From Oscillospiraceae bacterium (GTDB taxonomy: Bacteria > Bacillota > Clostridia > Oscillospirales > Ruminococcaceae), in the NCBI GenBank assembly GCA_004557855.1, contig SFFJ01000007.1, positions 1,933 through 65,932 on the forward strand: a stretch of DNA of 64,000 nt, read 5' to 3'. The notes beneath the pieces were generated by a model. It made no database searches, was not told where the DNA came from, and worked only from the letters and a program-made list of their open reading frames with translations. A program made the translations under genes and the position numbers. Positions 59,056 to 64,000 of the stretch are shown piece after piece (the first letter of the stretch is position 1; every line of letters begins with the position of its first letter).

Positions 59056-59381
59056 TTTTCGCCTGATTTCTCCGATATTTTCGACATTCTTCCCCATGGG
59101 GCCCGCCTGCCGGCGGGCCCTTTTGGGTGCGGGGCCGGCACCCGGTACAGGCCGGGACCCGAACGGGGGAGGGGCGGCCCGCAGGGCGTTTCGGCGCAGC
59201 CGAAACCGGCGGCCGGAGGCCGCCGAGGCGCCGGAGGCGCCTGCCCTGCGGGCCGGATGCCCGGGGCTTGCAGGGGGTGCGGGCAGGGCGGCCCCGCCCC
59301 GGAAATTTTCCCGCCGGAGCGCTTTTCTTTTGGCGGGAAGTGCGCTATACTAAAAGCAGAAGCCAAAAGGAGGTTTTTCTT

Positions 59382-60323
59382 GTGGAATATCGTGTAGGGA
59401 TCGACCTGGGCGGCACCAATGTGGCGGTCGGCGTGGTCAATGAAAACAAGGAGATCGTGGCGAGAGCCAATGTGCCCACCCGCCCCGACCGGATGCTGGA
59501 TGATGTGATCTATGACATCGCCTGCTGCGTGAAGGAGGCCGTGAAAAAGGCCGGAATTACGCTGCAGGAATGCGTTTTGGTGGGGATCGGTTCGCCGGGG
59601 TACTGCCGTGCGGCGGACGGAATGGTGGTCTATGCCGGCAATTTGGGCTGGAAAAACGTGCCGATTTGCGATGAGCTGCGGCAGGAGCTGGGGGTATCGG
59701 TGCGCCTTTCCAACGACGCCAACTGTGCGGCGCTGGGCGAGGTGGTGGCCGGTGCCGCCAAGGGCGCCAAAAGTGCCGTACTGCTTACGCTGGGGACCGG
59801 AGTGGGCGGCGGCGTGGTGCTGAACGGCAAGGTGTACGAGGGAGATATCGGGCCGGGCACCGAAATGGGACACACCACCCTGATTTTGGGCGGAGAGCCC
59901 TGCACCTGCGGCCAGCGGGGCTGCCTGGAGGCCTATGCCAGTGCGACGGGGCTGCTGCGGCAGCGTCACCGCGCGGAGCAGGCGCACCCCGAAACGACGA
60001 TGAAGCGCTTTCATCCCGCCGATGGCAGCGCACCGTTCATTTGCGCGGCGGAGGGGGATGAAACGGCCAAGGCGGTGGTGGAGCAGTACATCACCTACGT
60101 GGGGGCCGGCATTGTCAACTTTGTGAATATTTTTGCCCCGGAGGTCGTGCTGATCGGCGGCGGCGTGAGTAATGCGGGGGATGCTTTGATCCGGCCGCTG
60201 AACGACTACGTGCAGGCCAACCGCTTCGGCGGGCGGCGGTCGCCTACCTGCCCGGTGCGCCGGGCGGCGCTGGGCGGCGATGCCGGGATCATCGGGGCGG
60301 CCTATCTCGATTGGGAGGGCTGA
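59382..60323 (+). CDS. glcK: ROK-family glucokinase
   Basis: VGIDLGGTNVAVGVV ATPase motif and the ROK zinc motif CTCGQRGCLEAYAS. GTG start after AAAGGAGG. Confidence 0.8.
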   Translation: MEYRVGIDLGGTNVAVGVVNENKEIVARANVPTRPDRMLDDVIYDIACCVKEAVKKAGITLQECVLVGIGSPGYCRAADGMVVYAGNLGWKNVPICDELRQELGVSVRLSNDANCAALGEVVAGAAKGAKSAVLLTLGTGVGGGVVLNGKVYEGDIGPGTEMGHTTLILGGEPCTCGQRGCLEAYASATGLLRQRHRAEQAHPETTMKRFHPADGSAPFICAAEGDETAKAVVEQYITYVGAGIVNFVNIFAPEVVLIGGGVSNAGDALIRPLNDYVQANRFGGRRSPTCPVRRAALGGDAGIIGAAYLDWEG

Positions 60324-60831
60324 ACGGTGCCTGTGACGGCGGCTTCGCCGGGGTGATTTCGGCGGGGCGGCGCTTTCGCTGATCTGCGGAGGGTAATGGG
60401 GGAGTGGCTCTGTTGCCGATCCGCGGAGTGTGGCGTTGCCCTTTTTGCAGGTTTTCAAAACGGGAGGGGGCGCAGCCCCCGCCGCCCGCGGCGGCGGGGA
60501 GCCCGTGCCGCAGGCACGGGCGAGGCGGCGAAGCCGCCGAGCTGCGCCCTCGGTTTTGCACCTTTATCAAAGCATGGGAGTGTGGGGCGGGCGCACTGCA
60601 GCGGGGAGGGCTGCCCGCAGGGTCAGCACGACCGGAGCGGAGGCGCGCCCGCGCATTTTGCGGGGAAACGGGCGGGTGCAGGACATGGCCGGGGGGATGG
60701 TACAGTCTGCAAGAAATGTGAATAAGAGGTAAAATAACGGAAAATCGATTGATTTTTTTAGTGGGATGTTATAAAATAGTGGTAATGGACGGGGAACCGA
60801 CCGAAATACAACAACATCAGGAGGAACAATA

Positions 60832-61527
60832 ATGGGTATTTTGCAGAGATTTACTGACATCATGAGTGCGAACATCAACAGCCTGCTTACCGGCGCCGAG
60901 GAGAAGAATGCCGGAAAGCTGCTGGAAAAGTATCTGAATGACGCCCGCGCCAACCTGGAAGAGCTGAAGTCTGAAACCTCCGCCATTATTGCGGATGAAA
61001 TGGCCGCAGCCCGCCGCGTCAACGCCAACAGCGAGGAAATTGCGAAGTATGACCGTTATGCCGAGCAGGCTGTACTGGCCGGCAATGACGAAGACGCCAG
61101 AAAGTTCCTGGATGCCAAGAGCCAGCTGACCGCCAAGAAGGCCGACCTGGAGAACGCCTACCAGCTGGCCAAAGATAACAGCGATAAGATGCGCCAGATG
61201 ACCCGCAAGCTGATGGATGACATCGCCTCTGCCGAGGGCAAGATGGTAGAGCTGCGTGCGAAGCTTTCCGTGGCCGAGCACAAGGAGAAGATGGATGACC
61301 TGATGCACAAGGTTTCCGGCCGCACCGATATGACCGGCTTCGAGAATATGATGGAAGCCGTTCAGAAGCGCATTGACTCGGTGGATGCCAAGGTTGCCCT
61401 GAACGAGGAGCTGGCCGATAAGATGGACATTAAGAAGCTGGAAGAAAAATATAGCGAAAAGGCTGCCGAGGTTTCCGCCACCGTCGAGGCCGACCTCGCT
61501 GCACTGAAGGCTCGTCTGGGCAAGTAA
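60832..61527 (+). CDS. pspA: PspA/IM30-family protein (phage shock protein A)
   Basis: N-terminus MGILQRFTDIMSANINSLL with a coiled-coil, typical of PspA/LiaH/Vipp1. Confidence 0.85.
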   Translation: MGILQRFTDIMSANINSLLTGAEEKNAGKLLEKYLNDARANLEELKSETSAIIADEMAAARRVNANSEEIAKYDRYAEQAVLAGNDEDARKFLDAKSQLTAKKADLENAYQLAKDNSDKMRQMTRKLMDDIASAEGKMVELRAKLSVAEHKEKMDDLMHKVSGRTDMTGFENMMEAVQKRIDSVDAKVALNEELADKMDIKKLEEKYSEKAAEVSATVEADLAALKARLGK

Positions 61528-61530
61528 GTT

Positions 61531-62781
61531 ATGGCCGCAACGGAACAAACCAATGTCGCGCTGCGGTGTCCCACCTGCGGCGGAAATATTGTTTTTGATC
61601 CGGAGGCACAGCAGTTTCGTTGTGCCTCTTGTGGCAGTGTGCAGGAAGTGACCCCCGGCAAGGATTTCGTGGAGGAATATGACTTTGGCGAATACCGTGC
61701 CCGTGAGGGCAGCCGGATGCTGGAAAACGGCGAGACTGCCCTGCACTGCGACGCCTGCGGCGCCGAATTCTTCCTCCCGGCGGAGGGAACTGCCGCCGTC
61801 TGCCCCATGTGCGGATCCCCGCAGATCAAACCGGAGGCAGCGCATAACGGCATACCCGTGGAGGGAGTGGTGCCCTTTGCCATTGACCGCTACGAGGCGC
61901 AGCAGCGCTTCGGGAAATGGATCCGCAAGCGGTGGTTTGCCCCCAATAACCTGAAAAAGAGCTTTGCCGAGGGCGAGCTGGTGGGCATGTACGTACCCTT
62001 CTGGACCTACGATGCCGACGTCGTCAGCCAGTATTGCGGACGGGGCGGGCGTTCCCAGACCCGGAAGGGGCCGAACGGCAAAAATGAGACTTATACCGAA
62101 TGGTATCCCGTTTCCGGCATGGTGCAGGGACACTATGATGATATTCAGGTGTGCGCCAGCAAAACAGCCAGCGGGAACCTCATCCAGCAGGTGCTGCCCT
62201 ACGATACCGTAGGCAACACCCAGCCCTATCACCCGCAGTACCTGGCGGGCTACCAGGCCGAATGTTATACCATCGATGGGGAAGAGGGCTTCAAGGTCGC
62301 CCAAACCTACATCGACCGGGACCAGCGCAGTCTGGCGGAAAGCGATATCCGCGGGAAGGGCTATTCGCAGGCACAGGTCACGGGCATGAATACCAGCTAC
62401 CAGCTGGTGCGCTATAAGCACGTACTGCTGCCGCTGTGGAAGGCCAAGTACGGCTACGGCGGCCAGACCTACCACTATATGATCAACGGCGAAAACGGCA
62501 AGGTTTCCGCACAGTACCCCAAGAGCAAGGCCAAGATCATCCTGGTCATTCTGCTGGTGCTGGCGCTGATCATCGGCGGGGTGATGCTGCTGGGCGACGA
62601 CAGCTCCGGCGGCAGCGGCGGCTACGAATACAGCTATAACGGCGGCTCCGATTATGACTACGACTACGATTACGGCGGCAGCAGCTACGATTACGATTAT
62701 GATTACGGCGGCAGCAGCTATGATAGCGGGAGTATCGACTACGGCAGCTATGACTATGGCTACGATTGGGGCGGCGATTAG
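61531..62781 (+). CDS. PspA-associated membrane protein with N-terminal zinc ribbons and a C-terminal Tyr/Asp/Gly-rich repeat tail (YdjG/YdjH-like)
   Basis: Two CxxC...CxxC pairs (CPTCGG...CASCGS and CDACGA...CPMCGS), one TM helix (IILVILLVLALIIGGVMLL), then GGSxYDYDYDYGGSSYDYDYDYGGSSYD. Confidence 0.55.
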   Translation: MAATEQTNVALRCPTCGGNIVFDPEAQQFRCASCGSVQEVTPGKDFVEEYDFGEYRAREGSRMLENGETALHCDACGAEFFLPAEGTAAVCPMCGSPQIKPEAAHNGIPVEGVVPFAIDRYEAQQRFGKWIRKRWFAPNNLKKSFAEGELVGMYVPFWTYDADVVSQYCGRGGRSQTRKGPNGKNETYTEWYPVSGMVQGHYDDIQVCASKTASGNLIQQVLPYDTVGNTQPYHPQYLAGYQAECYTIDGEEGFKVAQTYIDRDQRSLAESDIRGKGYSQAQVTGMNTSYQLVRYKHVLLPLWKAKYGYGGQTYHYMINGENGKVSAQYPKSKAKIILVILLVLALIIGGVMLLGDDSSGGSGGYEYSYNGGSDYDYDYDYGGSSYDYDYDYGGSSYDSGSIDYGSYDYGYDWGGD

Positions 62782-62809
62782 CGGCCGTGCCAAGGGAAAG
62801 GAGTATAAC

Positions 62810-63778
62810 ATGGGACTTTTTAATCAGAGAAAGGATACGGTGGAGTGGATAGAATACCGCCCCGACCTACTCTTTTACAAATGGAAGGACCGGGAGATCA
62901 AAAAGGGAAGCCACCTGATCATCCGGGCCGGGCAGAAGGCCATCTTCTATTCCGGCGGCCGCATCCACGGCATCTTTGAAAATGAGGGCAACTATGATAT
63001 CGATACCCAGATCATTCCGTTCCTCACCAATATCAGCGCGGCGCTGCACCTGCGCAGCGATACCGGCGAGCGTGCCGAGGTCTATTTCGTCAACAGCAAG
63101 GACCTGACCCTGAACTGGGGCACCACCCAGCGCATTATGATCCCCACCCCCGAGGTGCCCAGCGGCATCCCCGTAGGGATGAACGGCAATATGGTCATCT
63201 ATTTCAGAGACTATCTGGCGTTCATCAGCAAGGTGGCCGGCGTGCGGGACAGCTATTCCATCAATGACGTTTCGGAGCGGATCCGGGGCGAGATGAGCGG
63301 GATCGTGGCAGAGGCCATCCTGAACGGCGAGCGCGCGGTGGGGCTGAACGTCCTGGTGGGGCTGCAGGCCAACAACCGTGCCCTGGGCAAGAAGATGGCC
63401 GAGGAGCTGGATAAGGAGCTGTTCGACATCGGCCTGGGCGTGCGGGACGTCAATATCATCAGCGTTTCCTATCCGCCGGAGGTACAGAAGATGGCCGAAA
63501 AGGTGGCGGCGCAGTCCTTCATCACCGATACCGGCAAGTATGTGACGGTGGCCGCTGCGGACGGCATGGAAAAGGGCGACAGTGTGGCCGGTCTCGGCGC
63601 ACAGGTGGCCATCGGGGCGCAGATCGCCCAGCAATTGAGCGGGCAGACCCAGGCTGCGCAGGCACCTGCGGCTCCGGCTGCACCGGCTGCGGATGGGCTG
63701 GAGGATCGCTTCTGCACCAAGTGCCGCAAGATGGTACGGGGGAATTTCTGCCCCTTCTGCGGGACGCCGACCGTATAA
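62810..63778 (+). CDS. SPFH/band-7 domain protein with a C-terminal zinc ribbon (YdjI-like)
   Basis: 322 aa. The SPFH-like core has a C-terminal CTKCRK...CPFCG. RBS AAGGAG. Confidence 0.6.
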   Translation: MGLFNQRKDTVEWIEYRPDLLFYKWKDREIKKGSHLIIRAGQKAIFYSGGRIHGIFENEGNYDIDTQIIPFLTNISAALHLRSDTGERAEVYFVNSKDLTLNWGTTQRIMIPTPEVPSGIPVGMNGNMVIYFRDYLAFISKVAGVRDSYSINDVSERIRGEMSGIVAEAILNGERAVGLNVLVGLQANNRALGKKMAEELDKELFDIGLGVRDVNIISVSYPPEVQKMAEKVAAQSFITDTGKYVTVAAADGMEKGDSVAGLGAQVAIGAQIAQQLSGQTQAAQAPAAPAAPAADGLEDRFCTKCRKMVRGNFCPFCGTPTV

Positions 63779-63906
63779 AAGCAAAACCACGGGGGAGCCG
63801 AAAGGCTCCCTTTTTGCTGCAACATTTTTCACCGAAACCGCGCAAAATATCTTGACAAGCGGCGGATGAGTGGTTATAATGATAAAGCTGATTATTTCAG
63901 CACTAT

Positions 63907-63981
63907 GGCCCGTTGGTCAAGCGGCTAAGACACCGGCCTCTCACGCCGGTAACGCGGGTTCGATTCCCGCACGGGTCACCA
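63907..63981 (+). tRNA. tRNA-Glu (anticodon CTC)
   Basis: GGCCCGTTGGTCAAGCGG...CCGGC-CTCTCAC-GCCGG...GGGTTCGATTCCCGCACGGGTCACCA. Cloverleaf readable. CCA encoded. Confidence 0.8.
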
Positions 63982-64000
63982 TAGTCGGTGTTGATTGCGA

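Overview
This is a 64-kb chromosomal window from a high-GC (roughly 60-66% in coding regions) anaerobic Firmicutes/Clostridia genome. Gene content suggests an Oscillospiraceae-like butyrate producer, but the organism is not identified.

**Core genes, in order.**
- Two tRNA-Ser genes on the minus strand, followed by a SpoIID-family gene with an ECF-type sigma factor and anti-sigma factor.
- The conserved gdpP-rplI-dnaB(dnaC)-tilS-hpt-ftsH block.
- A divergent type IIA topoisomerase B/A pair, then secG, a lipoprotein, an iron-containing alcohol dehydrogenase, and a MarR regulator with an alpha-oxoamine-synthase-family gene and a short-chain dehydrogenase/reductase (SDR).
- A three-gene ABC transporter (substrate-binding lipoprotein, permease, ATPase) of the uncharacterized 'COG2984 type', preceded by a T-box leader.
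- An oxidative-stress and anaerobic set: trxB-like, nrdDG, desulfoferrodoxin, rubrerythrin and a reverse rubrerythrin.
- An LMW phosphatase, a gamma carbonic anhydrase family gene, and ndk.
- The full butyrate operon thl-crt-hbd-bcd-etfB-etfA.
- coaD, NUDIX, DUF523, Cof phosphatase, RluA, VanY-like peptidase, prmA, yaaL-bofA, and arcC.
- An NTPase / ECF-S component / FAD-oxidoreductase trio, HdeD, a Crp/Fnr regulator, a second ECF-S component, ROK glucokinase, and a pspA / Zn-ribbon / SPFH operon.
- A tRNA-Glu at the window end.

**Two features stand out.**
- The first ~2.5 kb is a low-GC (~40%) accessory segment abutting the tRNA-Ser genes. It carries a complete type III toxin-antitoxin (ToxIN/AbiQ-like) module: a consensus sigmaA promoter, 3.3 tandem 34-nt repeats (putative antitoxin RNA), an intrinsic terminator and a ToxN-family toxin gene. 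The module is flanked by four copies of a 15-bp palindrome, and a second orphan copy of the promoter lies downstream.
- Almost every intergenic region in the GC-rich core is filled with GC-rich hairpin repeats. These include a dispersed ~105-bp element (CCCCTGCAAACCGCAG...) in at least six copies and two ~275-bp tandem duplications.

**Smaller regulatory signals.** A T-box riboswitch, putative NrdR boxes, a Fur/PerR-like box and a Crp/Fnr-type site were also found.
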